Shown here piece by piece: positions 39,544 to 49,953 of a DNA stretch of 64,000 bases. Source of the DNA: an uncultured Bacteroidota bacterium (GTDB lineage Bacteria > Bacteroidota > Bacteroidia > Bacteroidales > VadinHA17); contig CAIJYD010000078.1 of the NCBI GenBank assembly GCA_903824785.1, positions 37,365-101,364 of the forward strand, in the 5' to 3' direction. The notes beneath the pieces are model-generated. The model saw nothing but the letters and a program-made list of their open reading frames with translations, made no database searches and was not told where the DNA came from. The first letter of the stretch is position 1, and every line of letters begins with the position of its first letter. A program made the translations under genes and the position numbers.

Positions 39544-40608
39544 TCATCCTTCCCTCCTGCGGATCTCCTTTACAGCTTCGATCATTGCCATGAACCCGTC
39601 AACAGGAATATACCCGGGTATTGAATTGCCCGATCCCAATCCATATCCCTTTGCTTTTTGCCTGTACAATGTTCCCTTATTTAATACACTCTGATAAACA
39701 GCATCAGGCTTCTCCAGTACCAGTAAATTCAGGTCAAAACCTCCGAAAAGGCCGATCTTTTCCGAATATCTTTCAATCCACTCCATAAAAGGTGCTATCT
39801 GATCTTCATTCGAATGTTTAGCATCAATGCCAAGAGCAATAATATTATCCATTAATGGGAAAATACAGCCACAGCTGTGCAAAAGGAATTTTTTTCCTGA
39901 GGAGTGGATCAGATCAATAACACGCTTATATTGAGGGAAGATATGCTGGCGGATAATGTCAGGCTCAAGCATTGTGGATGTTTTATGACCCAGATCGTCA
40001 CCCATCCTGTAAAAGACAAAAAGATCGTGATAGTTACTTATAACCCAACTCCATAACTCCACCCACAAATCCCCAATCATAACAAAAATGTCCCTGAAGA
40101 GGTCAGGATCAAGGCACTGCATAACACATAAAGGTTCAAATCCGACAAGATCCTGACTTGCTTCAAAAATACCATAACCGCATCCGCCGTATGCTTTCAT
40201 TCCCGCAGGCAAAGTTTTACGGATAGCCTCAAAATGAGGAATATATTTTTCTTTAAAGATCGCAGGAATATCTTTCCAGGGGTATTTTTCAAAATCATCT
40301 CTGGTCTGGATGGGGCCTTTCATACCTCCCATTATCGCACCATGTCCGGGTAAAATATCACATATTGCTGCCTCATAATCAAAACCATCAAAGGTCATAT
40401 CTTTCCAGAAACCAACAACTTTCCGATAGTAATCAGGCAGCTCATCTGCTTTAAGATCGGAGGAAGACAGCTCCTCACCTGAAACTTTGGAGATGAAAGG
40501 GGCATCAATATGATGTTCATAAACCGGAAGACGCGCGGGTCGATGATTCGATAATACCTGAAGAAGGTTTGTATAATCAGGGGCAAAGTCGGTATTTCTC
40601 ATAGTCAT
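39544..40608 (-). CDS. URO-D-superfamily protein (shorter, divergent member)
   Basis: 354 aa with no signal peptide. Motifs RMGDDLG and LHSCG (HxC) are present. Confidence 0.6.
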   Translation of the reverse strand: MTMRNTDFAPDYTNLLQVLSNHRPARLPVYEHHIDAPFISKVSGEELSSSDLKADELPDYYRKVVGFWKDMTFDGFDYEAAICDILPGHGAIMGGMKGPIQTRDDFEKYPWKDIPAIFKEKYIPHFEAIRKTLPAGMKAYGGCGYGIFEASQDLVGFEPLCVMQCLDPDLFRDIFVMIGDLWVELWSWVISNYHDLFVFYRMGDDLGHKTSTMLEPDIIRQHIFPQYKRVIDLIHSSGKKFLLHSCGCIFPLMDNIIALGIDAKHSNEDQIAPFMEWIERYSEKIGLFGGFDLNLLVLEKPDAVYQSVLNKGTLYRQKAKGYGLGSGNSIPGYIPVDGFMAMIEAVKEIRRREG

Positions 40609-40686
40609 TATAATATCCTGTCAATTAAGAAGTTTATAGCCTGAGGCTGGTCTTCCAATACATTACCTGCTAAGTTATTAACCTCC

Positions 40687-43359
40687 TTAACGAACGGAGA
40701 TCCCAAGAGTAACGATCTCATTTGGTTTTATCTTAACCTGTATTGTTTTACCGTTAAATGTTGGTTTGGAGACATTCTCAAGTGGAAACTCAATCAGGTT
40801 CAGCCGGCGTACCGAACTTACCACAACAGGTACTCCTATGTTTACCATGGTCTCCTTACCTTCTGTCTCTGCCAATCGTAGTATCAGTTCATTACCCTCT
40901 TCCGACTGTTTCATACCCGAAAGAACAACTCCCGGAGCATCGACTGAGAAAAACGAGGCCTCTTCCGGACGTGTTGCATGAGCTTTAGCAAGAGCAAGAG
41001 ATGGCGGTTCAGCTGCATAAACAGGAATATTGAAATCTTCTCCTTCCGCCCAGACACCGTTTTTCCAGTCGCCGGCATGAGGAAAGAGAGAATAGCTGAT
41101 ATTAAATTTACCAAGATTGGGATAGATGTCCGGATCACCGGCTGCTCTCATAAGTGTAATTCTGAGATCGCCATGGCTGTACGAGTGGCCATATTTTGTC
41201 TTGTTGAGAAGTGCAATACCAACCTTTCCATCAGTTACATCGACCCATTTCTGTGCAGGTACTTCAAGACCATCAGCTTCTTCAGCATTAATTCCATAAG
41301 CGTTCGAATGCCGGAGATGGCCCGGGGCTTCTTTATTATTAATTTTACCGTCAACAGGCCTTTCAGCCACATTGAAAGGAACCTGTGAAAAGAATTTTGA
41401 ATTCTCCACCGATATCGGGAATATTGCTCTAAGCATCGGGGAGTCTGTTGAATCACTTCCTGTTTCCAGCCAATGTACTTCCATGTCGTAATCGATACGC
41501 GGATAGGAACGGTAGATATAGGTACGTTCAATAAACCGCGATTTTCCCCATGTCTTTACAGTTTCGATACAAGCTCTTACAGGGCCGTTTTCAGCAATCC
41601 TCACAGTATCCACATTTGTGACATCTTCCTGCCCCGTAAACTTATTTATTACCCACGACTTCATTCCTCCTTTTTTATCTTCGAGCGAGATTCTCAGAGT
41701 ATTGAGCCGGCCTCCCTCTTTTACAAACTCCTTGCCGGTGCGCTTATCAAACAGCCCTACAATTCCTCCTGTCTTCATGTCGATTTTTATCCTGAAGAAA
41801 TCGGTTTCAAATGTGTTGTTGTTAAACGGTATTGGTTCATTAAACACACCTGGTTTGGTGACATCAACATAAAATGTTTTATACCCCCCTGCCGGCATAT
41901 TATCTACAACGAACTGGATTTTTGATGTAAATCCGGGAGGTGTTGATTTTCCCCAAACTACCTGAGCGGGATATGTTTTTCCTGAGGCATCGCGGACAAG
42001 TACTGTCGGAACATTTCCCTGACCTTTATCGACCGTCTTAATATTTTTTGAACCGTAAAAATTCCCCCAGCTTTCCAGACGCGCTGTTGCAGGTTCCTGG
42101 TGTGAATAGACATTTGCTTCGACAAGAGCTTTACGCGCTGCCGGCTGAAGGTTATAAGCCAACACCGGCTGTCCGATGCCGGTCTGAAATTTAACCTCAT
42201 CGGCCATTTTTCGGAAAGCACTATTCCGCAGCTCTGTCGTTTTACGAAGCACTTCACTATAGCGGGCAACAGCTTCCTTATTGGCTTCATTAATACCCGA
42301 GCCTGGAAGAATATCGTGAAACTCATTGAATGCCACTGTAGTCCAGAGGTCCCGGAGTGCATCAGAAGGATATTTATCACCATTCAGCCAGCGAAGTGTA
42401 TTAAAGAATTCACCTGCAAAAAGGGCATTCTCACTGTTTCTGTTTCCTGCTTTTATATCAGATACATTTGTGTAGCAACCTTCAAAAATAAACTGCATCT
42501 CTCCGCGATGAACAGGACGGCCATCCATCTCGAGCGATGATTTTCTGAAAAAGTCGCCCGCTGTAGTAAATTGAACTGCAGGATAACCCGGAGTCTTGTC
42601 GAGCTGATGAACCATCTCTATATTCGCTCTTGTCGGACCGCCGCCATGGTCACCAACACCTGTAATCTGAAGGATCCGGCGCTTGTCAGGTGAAAATTTC
42701 TGTATCTCATCTTTCAGAGCCGGGGTAATTTCTCCGTTATAAGTATCATTGGCATAACATAATACTTTTGATGAATCAGGAGCTATCCACCAGAACGTAC
42801 CAACATAAGGTTTTGTACGGTGAAAATAGAAATAATCACAACCTGCAAGTTTTAGTATCTGAGGCATTTGCGATATATGACCGAAGTTATCTGGCAGCCA
42901 GCCAATGTTTGCCATTTTGCCAAACCGGCTCTGAAAATAGCGCTGACCCAAAAGGAATGACCTTGTTATGGCTTCTCCTGATGACAGGTTCATATCCCCT
43001 TCTGTCCACATGCCACCGGCAAGTTCAAGGCGCCCTTCAGTAACATATTTTTTTACCTTTTCAAGAAGTGGAGGATCGACCATTTCAACGAAATTATAAA
43101 CTGATGCCTGACTCTGAAGCATTGTATAATCAGGAAATTCTTCCATAAAAGCTACAGTCTGCCTGAGGTTGTCGTTAGCCATCTGCATTGTTTCGGAATA
43201 TGTCCATAACCAGTTCATATCCATATGCGCATGACCCACAACATGGATAGTATCGGCTACCGACCTGTTCTTACTCTTTTTGTTTTTTTGTCCGTAAACG
43301 GATGTAAATGAGAATGCTACTAAGAGCAAGAGTATCGGGAAAAAATAATTTTTCTTCAT
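40687..43359 (-). CDS. secreted GH38 alpha-mannosidase
   Basis: 890 aa with a signal peptide. VVGHAHMDMNWLW is the GH38 N-terminal metal-binding signature, and the central EFHDILPGS motif is present. Confidence 0.85.
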   Translation of the reverse strand: MKKNYFFPILLLLVAFSFTSVYGQKNKKSKNRSVADTIHVVGHAHMDMNWLWTYSETMQMANDNLRQTVAFMEEFPDYTMLQSQASVYNFVEMVDPPLLEKVKKYVTEGRLELAGGMWTEGDMNLSSGEAITRSFLLGQRYFQSRFGKMANIGWLPDNFGHISQMPQILKLAGCDYFYFHRTKPYVGTFWWIAPDSSKVLCYANDTYNGEITPALKDEIQKFSPDKRRILQITGVGDHGGGPTRANIEMVHQLDKTPGYPAVQFTTAGDFFRKSSLEMDGRPVHRGEMQFIFEGCYTNVSDIKAGNRNSENALFAGEFFNTLRWLNGDKYPSDALRDLWTTVAFNEFHDILPGSGINEANKEAVARYSEVLRKTTELRNSAFRKMADEVKFQTGIGQPVLAYNLQPAARKALVEANVYSHQEPATARLESWGNFYGSKNIKTVDKGQGNVPTVLVRDASGKTYPAQVVWGKSTPPGFTSKIQFVVDNMPAGGYKTFYVDVTKPGVFNEPIPFNNNTFETDFFRIKIDMKTGGIVGLFDKRTGKEFVKEGGRLNTLRISLEDKKGGMKSWVINKFTGQEDVTNVDTVRIAENGPVRACIETVKTWGKSRFIERTYIYRSYPRIDYDMEVHWLETGSDSTDSPMLRAIFPISVENSKFFSQVPFNVAERPVDGKINNKEAPGHLRHSNAYGINAEEADGLEVPAQKWVDVTDGKVGIALLNKTKYGHSYSHGDLRITLMRAAGDPDIYPNLGKFNISYSLFPHAGDWKNGVWAEGEDFNIPVYAAEPPSLALAKAHATRPEEASFFSVDAPGVVLSGMKQSEEGNELILRLAETEGKETMVNIGVPVVVSSVRRLNLIEFPLENVSKPTFNGKTIQVKIKPNEIVTLGISVR

Positions 43360-43467
43360 AATGCATTTTTTACAGATTGATTATCAGTGATATCCATTTA
43401 TTTACATTCACCATTTATTATTAATTCGCATTAAACTGGTATTACAGCCGCCGGTCTTATTCCTTAA

Positions 43468-44706
43468 TCACCTGTATTCCTTTACAGTTTCGAACATTGC
43501 CATAATATTCTCCGGGGGTACATCCGGCATGATATTATGAATTGAGTTAAAGACATACCCGCCTCCCCTGCTGAAAATTTCAATGTTTCTTCTTACATGA
43601 TCTATCACCTGCTGAGGAGTGGCCCGGTTCAGAATAGTCTGAGTATTGCAGCCTCCTCCCCAGAATGTTAGTTCAGAGCCGAATTCATTTTTCAGACGTT
43701 CAGGTTCCATGCTGGATGCATTAATCTGAACCGGATTAAGTATTTCAAATCCGGCTTCGATCAATTCAGGAATAAGTTCATAAACGCCACCACAGCAGTG
43801 AAGCATTGTATGAGCCGAAGAATTTGCCTTGACATAATCGCACAAAATTTTATGCCTTGGCTTAAAAAATTCATTATATATTTCATTTGGCATAAATGGC
43901 CCGGTATTCGTTCCAAGGTCATCGCCGAATTTTATAACCTCAACAATATCACCAACGGCGGTACAAATTTTTGAGAGAAAATCAAGATGCATTTCCAGCA
44001 ACTTATCGAGAAGCCTGTGAACATTAACCGGATCGAGATAGAGATCCATAAGAAAATTATCGATGCGGCGGAGGAATGTTCCCCATTCGAAAAGATTACA
44101 GCCCACACCGATAAGAAGAGCCTTGTCTGTTTTCGCCCTCTCTTCAATGATTGTTGTGCGCAATAATTTCCAGAAATCCTTTTCATTCATCCTGTCGTAA
44201 GGCGGGAAGCCGAAGCCACCCCATGTCACTCTCGACATATCGGTGCATATATTATTATAGGAATCAGGATATCCATCGACATACGGAAAGATCAGCTGAT
44301 CAAAAAAGGTGGCGCCGGCAGGCATCTTTCCGATATACTCGCCTGTCTTCCCTGCAGCCAGCCAGCTTCCGTCAGGTTGTTGTTCCGGATTGAACCACAC
44401 AGGATAAAGTCCGGGGTAACCTTTCATAAGCTCCAGTCTTTGCCAGTATTTCTCTGATGAGTTAAAGAATCGGCCAATATCCAGAACATCTGCGTTAAAC
44501 AGATCGAGCAACTCCATCTCAGGCTGTGTAACTTCCTGAATTACATCATATACATGGTTTTCAAGATGGTTAAGTTTCAGGTACCTGATAAGGTTATGAT
44601 AAGCCACCACAGAGATGCCTGAGCTTGGCGTGGCTCCGAGGTCGATGGGGATCCTGTCGGGCTGCCTGTGATTAATCGCTGAAAGTACACGTTCCCGTGA
44701 GTTCAT
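43468..44706 (-). CDS. URO-D-superfamily protein (MtaA/CmuA-like), paralog B
   Basis: 412 aa with motifs KFGDDLG, LHCCG (HxC) and FWGGG. By eye it is roughly half identical to 38317..39537. Confidence 0.65.
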   Translation of the reverse strand: MNSRERVLSAINHRQPDRIPIDLGATPSSGISVVAYHNLIRYLKLNHLENHVYDVIQEVTQPEMELLDLFNADVLDIGRFFNSSEKYWQRLELMKGYPGLYPVWFNPEQQPDGSWLAAGKTGEYIGKMPAGATFFDQLIFPYVDGYPDSYNNICTDMSRVTWGGFGFPPYDRMNEKDFWKLLRTTIIEERAKTDKALLIGVGCNLFEWGTFLRRIDNFLMDLYLDPVNVHRLLDKLLEMHLDFLSKICTAVGDIVEVIKFGDDLGTNTGPFMPNEIYNEFFKPRHKILCDYVKANSSAHTMLHCCGGVYELIPELIEAGFEILNPVQINASSMEPERLKNEFGSELTFWGGGCNTQTILNRATPQQVIDHVRRNIEIFSRGGGYVFNSIHNIMPDVPPENIMAMFETVKEYR

Positions 44707-44721
44707 ATTTTCTGATGCAGG

Positions 44722-45882
44722 TTATTTTAAATGATATTTTATGTCGCGTGAACTTTTGCTCTTTTCTTTAATAATAAATGATGTATTGGTGATTTCAATC
44801 TTTTCCACCCCCTGGTAATCCCGGGGTATTCTGCTTAAGAATGCCGTAAAAGATTTGCTGATTACTTCACCGGCATCAATATATTCGTAAATGTTAACTC
44901 CGAATATCTTTCCTTTTCTGGCTACCACAGGGAAAGGTTCATGCAACCCTGTGGTTCCGAATTCCATACCAAAAGCTTTCGGGACACCATTTTCCATAGA
45001 TCTCCAGAAATTGATCCATGGATATTCTTCCCGCTTCCAGAGGTAACCAAGCATGAGTTCTTTTCCCGTGTTGCAGGCTGTAACCCAGCAATATTCATCA
45101 TTACTGTCATAAACAAAAGAAGAAACTTCCGGCCATTGGACTTCAAATTGCCGCAGGTTTACCTTCTTTCCATTGTGATCAGCCTGCGGCCATTTCATTA
45201 TTCTCTCATCCTGATCAAGACTTCCGTCATGCCTGTCTTCAAATCCCTGAAGTGTGTTGTTGTCGAAGAGGGTTGTTTTGTCAAGGAATGGAGGAGCTAT
45301 CGAAACATGCTGAACAAGATTGAAAATCCGTCCGTTTTTATTAAGGTTTTTTATCTCTTCAGTAACATAAAAAACCGGCTCTCCGTCGGACAATTGTATT
45401 TTACGGGTAAGCTGCAAGCCTGCCATAGGTAATCTGCACATCATTGAAGATCCCTTCCTTACATCGTTTGGGTCAGGAGTAGAGAGCAGATTCCATAATT
45501 CGGTATTGACCTCACCATGGTGCCTGAATCCATTCTCCTTTTCAGCAGAAGATGGAGGTCCCCAGCGGTCGAAGCAGAGAAAATGGCCCGTGAAGATTAG
45601 TTCATCAGCCTTTGTTCCCCGCCAGTTGATGGGGTTCAATGGCAGATCTTTCAGGTGAAAATCAAAATAAGAGCCACCTTGCAGGTTTACGAGTAGCTCA
45701 ATACTTTTGTTTTCCAGTTTAACAACTGTATCCGATTGAGGTATAATATCTTTCATAGATTCAGACTGTTTATTATTATGCTTTAGCCGGCATGAAAATG
45801 GTGTCGAAATTATTACAAACAATACTTTGGAAAAAAATCTCCAACTGATATTAAAAATTTTCAACCAGCTTTTAAAAATCAA
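44722..45882 (-). CDS. galactose-mutarotase-like beta-sandwich protein (start uncertain: 45882 or 45756)
   Basis: The GHFLCFDRWGPPS...NGFRHHGE region is reminiscent of the aldose-1-epimerase-like fold. The long form adds MIFKSW...VLFVIISTPFSC, a possible atypical lipoprotein signal, and leaves a 5-nt gap to the upstream gene. The short form starts MKDIIPQ at 45756. Confidence 0.4.
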   Translation of the reverse strand: MIFKSWLKIFNISWRFFSKVLFVIISTPFSCRLKHNNKQSESMKDIIPQSDTVVKLENKSIELLVNLQGGSYFDFHLKDLPLNPINWRGTKADELIFTGHFLCFDRWGPPSSAEKENGFRHHGEVNTELWNLLSTPDPNDVRKGSSMMCRLPMAGLQLTRKIQLSDGEPVFYVTEEIKNLNKNGRIFNLVQHVSIAPPFLDKTTLFDNNTLQGFEDRHDGSLDQDERIMKWPQADHNGKKVNLRQFEVQWPEVSSFVYDSNDEYCWVTACNTGKELMLGYLWKREEYPWINFWRSMENGVPKAFGMEFGTTGLHEPFPVVARKGKIFGVNIYEYIDAGEVISKSFTAFLSRIPRDYQGVEKIEITNTSFIIKEKSKSSRDIKYHLK

Positions 45883-45887
45883 TCCGC

Positions 45888-48806
45888 CTAAAATGAAACC
45901 TCAATAAATCTGACCTCAAATGGTTTAAGCTGGATAGAAGTCAGAGGTTGTCCAATCTGTTTTCCGGCGGCATTAACCTCAATCATCTTCTTTATTAACC
46001 TACCCCGCACAGCTGAAGCGAGTTTAACATCGGCTGGCAAGCCTTCCAGTTCACGGAAATGGAGAAGGATTGTCCCTTTCTCCTTGAAAGCCGGACGGCT
46101 GTTTACGAGCAAGGCATTTGCAGGAGCTGATATTTCAAGGGTACCCATTGAAGGTGATCTTAACTCATTTACTCCGGCAGGGAATGTCCGTGTGGGGAAA
46201 GGGTTCCTTTCATTCCAGGCGTATTTGGTTGCAAATGTGTTGGTTGTATCAGCCGATGAAGTAATCTGATAGCTCCAGCTGAAGGCACCCTCCTGGAAGG
46301 CACGGAAATTTGTCATCCAGTAATTATTCATAACATACGAATAGAGCCATGTTGCTCCTTTTTTAGGATATCGCTCATACTTGTTCATGTTGAAATCACT
46401 GAACTGCCACAAGGGAACCTCGTTGCTGACAACGACAATCTGCCCCTTTTTGCCACGAACTGACACAAAGTTCTGGGCAGCATTCCAGTCTGATGAAGAG
46501 CCCGGCAGCTGCTCGCCCTGTGACAACACTCCACCGATAGTTTCAAATACGATCCGTGAATCGGGCAATGAGAAGGGGAATGTAACATAAAGTGCTTCAG
46601 GATCAGTAATAATGAGTTTCCTCGCCATAAATCTGAACTCAACCTTCTTAACATTTTTATAGAGTCGAATCTCTGTCTCAATGCCTTTTGGAGAACCTTC
46701 TGTTCCTTTTTCAAAACCGTCCATATCTGATGCTATCTTTACGCTTTCCCATACGGAGCCATTGATCCCTTTGTCAATTTTTACATTCGATACTGTTGTA
46801 TGGTTAAATGGCGCTTTATCGCGTTTCTCTGATGTTTCCCTGACTGGTTGTCCGAGGTGATATGGATTACTGTCGTCGGCAAGTTCCTGATTCAGCTCCT
46901 TATCGTAGAGACTGCTGAGCGATCCTGTAGCCTTATTTATTACAATCTTATAAAACTTATTTTCAAGTACTTCAACATTTGTTCCGGCATCTGCGGCAAC
47001 ATCCTGATCAGTTAGCTCAATCTTCAGGGCTTTATAACCCATTGCCGGAATATCTTTCACCTCAAGCACCCAGTAAGCACCTTCTGCACGTTTGGTAAGA
47101 ACCTGAGCAGGAACCTCTTTCCCTGTTGTCAGGTCAATTATTCTGGCTTTCTTCTTAACAGGAAGAACTTCATAATCAATAAATAAATTTATATCGCCTG
47201 AGCGATTCCATCCCATTGAATTCATTACATATATTACAGGGAAATCAGCTTTTTTAAGGAACTCCTGAAAACGGGCAAGCGCCTCTTCGTTCAGAAGCGT
47301 AACTTTCTTAAGTGCTTCCCAGGCATAAGCGCCTTTCTGAAGCCACTGTCTGGTTGAGTTCTCTGAATATGGCAGGTCAATACTTTCGGCAGCTCCGCAG
47401 GTATGCTCATCGAAAAAGATAGCATTTTCGCTTATATGATCCAGATTATTTTCCAGGGCGGGACTCAATTCTCCACCCATCAGGGAAACCATTGCAAACA
47501 GACCCTCATCGACCTGTTTTGTATTCTGAACTTTCCTCACCTCACCTGTCTCACGCGAAGTTGAACCATAACCATCGGTCCACCAGTCGAGCCATGCCTT
47601 ACGATAAACAGGCAGCGTGGCAGCATAATTCTTTTCAACATATTCAGGGAACTCACTTGCAACGGCAAGCCTTAGCTTTGGAGATTCATATTTCTCATTC
47701 CACTCTTTTACATGCTTCGAAGCAGCAGTGGAGGGAGGGGCATTATCAGTAAAATAACCTGAGTACTGGATTCCTATCCTGTCGAAAGGGTAATTTTTTT
47801 TATCGAGGTCAGCAAGATGACCTATCATTTTTTCCGGTTTTATTGATTCACTTTCCATGCCGAAAAAATTGCCTGTCATATAATGATCTGCACGGAAGGC
47901 AAGCAATCTTTCTCCCGATGGTGCTTCCCACCAGAATGCGGTTGGCTTGTCGAATGGAAGAATTGATCTGGTTTCATTAATGCCCATAATAAGATACTTA
48001 ACACCCGTGTTCCTGAAATAATCAGGCATACACCATGCGATACCGTTAACATCATTCTGCATTGCTGTCTTTACGGGGATTCCTCGTGTATTAAACTCTT
48101 TCAGCGGTTGAAGAAAGTCGTACATTACATTTTCATCAGATATCTCCGCCATATTAACATACATACCTGTCACCTCAATACGCCCTTCGGCAATCCTTTT
48201 CATAAGCCTTTTTATCTGCGATTCAGGTCTCGAACGCAGGTATTCCCTTGTTACCCAGGCCGATTCGCATGTCCATCGAAACATTGCGTCAGCGGGCATT
48301 CCGTCTGTCTGATCGCAGTAATCCAAGGCATAATCAATGTAGCGCATATGTTCTGCAAGGATCTCCGACTGTGGACGGGTATAACCAATATCGGTATGGG
48401 AATGCTGAACGAAATAGATCTCCCATTTTTTAGGAGGCACCAGTGTTAAGGAATACTGAAGAGCTGTTCCATTATCAATCTTTGCTGAAAAGCTGGTTTT
48501 TTTCGGTTTGGTCACAGCTGGAACTGTTATCAGGTATCTGTTAATCCCCGCCTGAAGTTCAGCCTTGAGAATCTCTTTCCCCTCTTTTAAAATAACAATC
48601 TTGCCGGGCTTTTCCGACCGGTAGGTTGCAACAACCTGCTGAAAAGACTTTCCTGATTCTTTAAACAGCACGGGAGTGTTCAGGAATTCAACCTGTGATG
48701 ACGGTGCATTCTGACCATTCAGATGAAATGAACTGAAGACTATCAGCACTATTAACAGGGCCGTTACTAATCTAATTTTTCTCATAGTTTTAATTTTGAA
48801 ATTCAA
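45888..48806 (-). CDS. secreted GH38-family-like glycoside hydrolase (second, divergent mannosidase-type enzyme)
   Basis: 972 aa with signal peptide MRKIRLVTALLIVLIVFSSF. YFVQHSHTDIGYT resembles the HxHxDxG(W/Y) GH38 N-terminal motif. Confidence 0.6.
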   Translation of the reverse strand: MNFKIKTMRKIRLVTALLIVLIVFSSFHLNGQNAPSSQVEFLNTPVLFKESGKSFQQVVATYRSEKPGKIVILKEGKEILKAELQAGINRYLITVPAVTKPKKTSFSAKIDNGTALQYSLTLVPPKKWEIYFVQHSHTDIGYTRPQSEILAEHMRYIDYALDYCDQTDGMPADAMFRWTCESAWVTREYLRSRPESQIKRLMKRIAEGRIEVTGMYVNMAEISDENVMYDFLQPLKEFNTRGIPVKTAMQNDVNGIAWCMPDYFRNTGVKYLIMGINETRSILPFDKPTAFWWEAPSGERLLAFRADHYMTGNFFGMESESIKPEKMIGHLADLDKKNYPFDRIGIQYSGYFTDNAPPSTAASKHVKEWNEKYESPKLRLAVASEFPEYVEKNYAATLPVYRKAWLDWWTDGYGSTSRETGEVRKVQNTKQVDEGLFAMVSLMGGELSPALENNLDHISENAIFFDEHTCGAAESIDLPYSENSTRQWLQKGAYAWEALKKVTLLNEEALARFQEFLKKADFPVIYVMNSMGWNRSGDINLFIDYEVLPVKKKARIIDLTTGKEVPAQVLTKRAEGAYWVLEVKDIPAMGYKALKIELTDQDVAADAGTNVEVLENKFYKIVINKATGSLSSLYDKELNQELADDSNPYHLGQPVRETSEKRDKAPFNHTTVSNVKIDKGINGSVWESVKIASDMDGFEKGTEGSPKGIETEIRLYKNVKKVEFRFMARKLIITDPEALYVTFPFSLPDSRIVFETIGGVLSQGEQLPGSSSDWNAAQNFVSVRGKKGQIVVVSNEVPLWQFSDFNMNKYERYPKKGATWLYSYVMNNYWMTNFRAFQEGAFSWSYQITSSADTTNTFATKYAWNERNPFPTRTFPAGVNELRSPSMGTLEISAPANALLVNSRPAFKEKGTILLHFRELEGLPADVKLASAVRGRLIKKMIEVNAAGKQIGQPLTSIQLKPFEVRFIEVSF

Positions 48807-48823
48807 CAGTATGGGGGTTTATT

Positions 48824-49621
48824 CTATCTTTTTTTGGTAAAACTCAAAAGAATGTCAGTCAGATTCTCTGCTGCTTTAAGGTTTTCAAAGCTCATGGGAA
48901 GTACATTATGATCAATATATTCATTATAAATCCACGGATCGCCAATAGCAAATACATAACCTTTACCATACCTGTTTTCCGCAATCAGTACTTTACCGCT
49001 TTCCGTAAGAATGGCTTTTGCACTGCCTGAGAGATTAATATCTGAAACCTCTTTGATGTAAATCTTTGCAACGCCCTTAAAAAGAGGATGTTCCGGAAGT
49101 TTAACACTTGCTCCTGTTTCAAAATTGGTGCCGGTTACCCGATGTAAGGTAACATGGTTAAAGGTCATTCCGAACTGCGACATCAGCTTATTTAGATGGG
49201 TGAACTCACAGTTAGGCGCATCATTGGCTAGTATCGCCAAAACACCTCCTGCTTTAACCCAGTTCTTAATGGCATTAATATCTTCCGGCTCTAAATATTT
49301 TGGATCAGGTGTTTCACTTGTGGAATCGGGATCAACTATTATATATACATCGATTGCTTTTAAAACATCTGCATCGGGACGTCCAATTGTTGCAAGTTTT
49401 GCACCCCGGCCTGTAAATATTTCACCCCACTGTGAGTAACCGCTGAATTCTGTATCGGTCCATAAATAATGAAATGGTTTTCCAGTTTTGGCATTGGTCT
49501 CATGATTAAACCAGTTATCCAACCCGACAACAGGCTGCGATATTCCGTTTCCGGTACCGGATAAATAACAAACCAACAGGAATAATACTGTATTTCTCAC
49601 AAAAATATTTTGCTTTTTCAT
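48824..49621 (-). CDS. secreted hypothetical protein (possible DUF4350 / class-I glutamine-amidotransferase-like fold)
   Basis: 265 aa with a signal peptide. VYIIVDPD...IKNWVKAGGVLAILAND...GKGYVFAIGDPW recalls ThuA/DUF4350-like proteins. This is a weak call. Confidence 0.3.
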   Translation of the reverse strand: MKKQNIFVRNTVLFLLVCYLSGTGNGISQPVVGLDNWFNHETNAKTGKPFHYLWTDTEFSGYSQWGEIFTGRGAKLATIGRPDADVLKAIDVYIIVDPDSTSETPDPKYLEPEDINAIKNWVKAGGVLAILANDAPNCEFTHLNKLMSQFGMTFNHVTLHRVTGTNFETGASVKLPEHPLFKGVAKIYIKEVSDINLSGSAKAILTESGKVLIAENRYGKGYVFAIGDPWIYNEYIDHNVLPMSFENLKAAENLTDILLSFTKKR

Positions 49622-49953
49622 ACTCGTTTAATCTATTTATATTTCAAATGTATAAAACATTAATGACGAAGCAATAATATTGAAAAACTTTTAAGTTGCC
49701 TAAAGTGATGGGGCCGGATAAACTTAAAAAAATTTACTATCTTTCTGACCTTTCACACTATAAAATATAGGTGAAGAATAGTTAGTATTTTTTTCTGTTA
49801 AAATCTTTTTCTCTTAGTAACCGGGGCATGACTAATTGAAATTCAAATGATAAGAAATAATAAATAAGATTCGCCAAATTAAAAAAATTATATATATCTG
49901 ATTATCAATGCATTATAATATCTACTGAATTAATAATACTTATACTATTTAAA

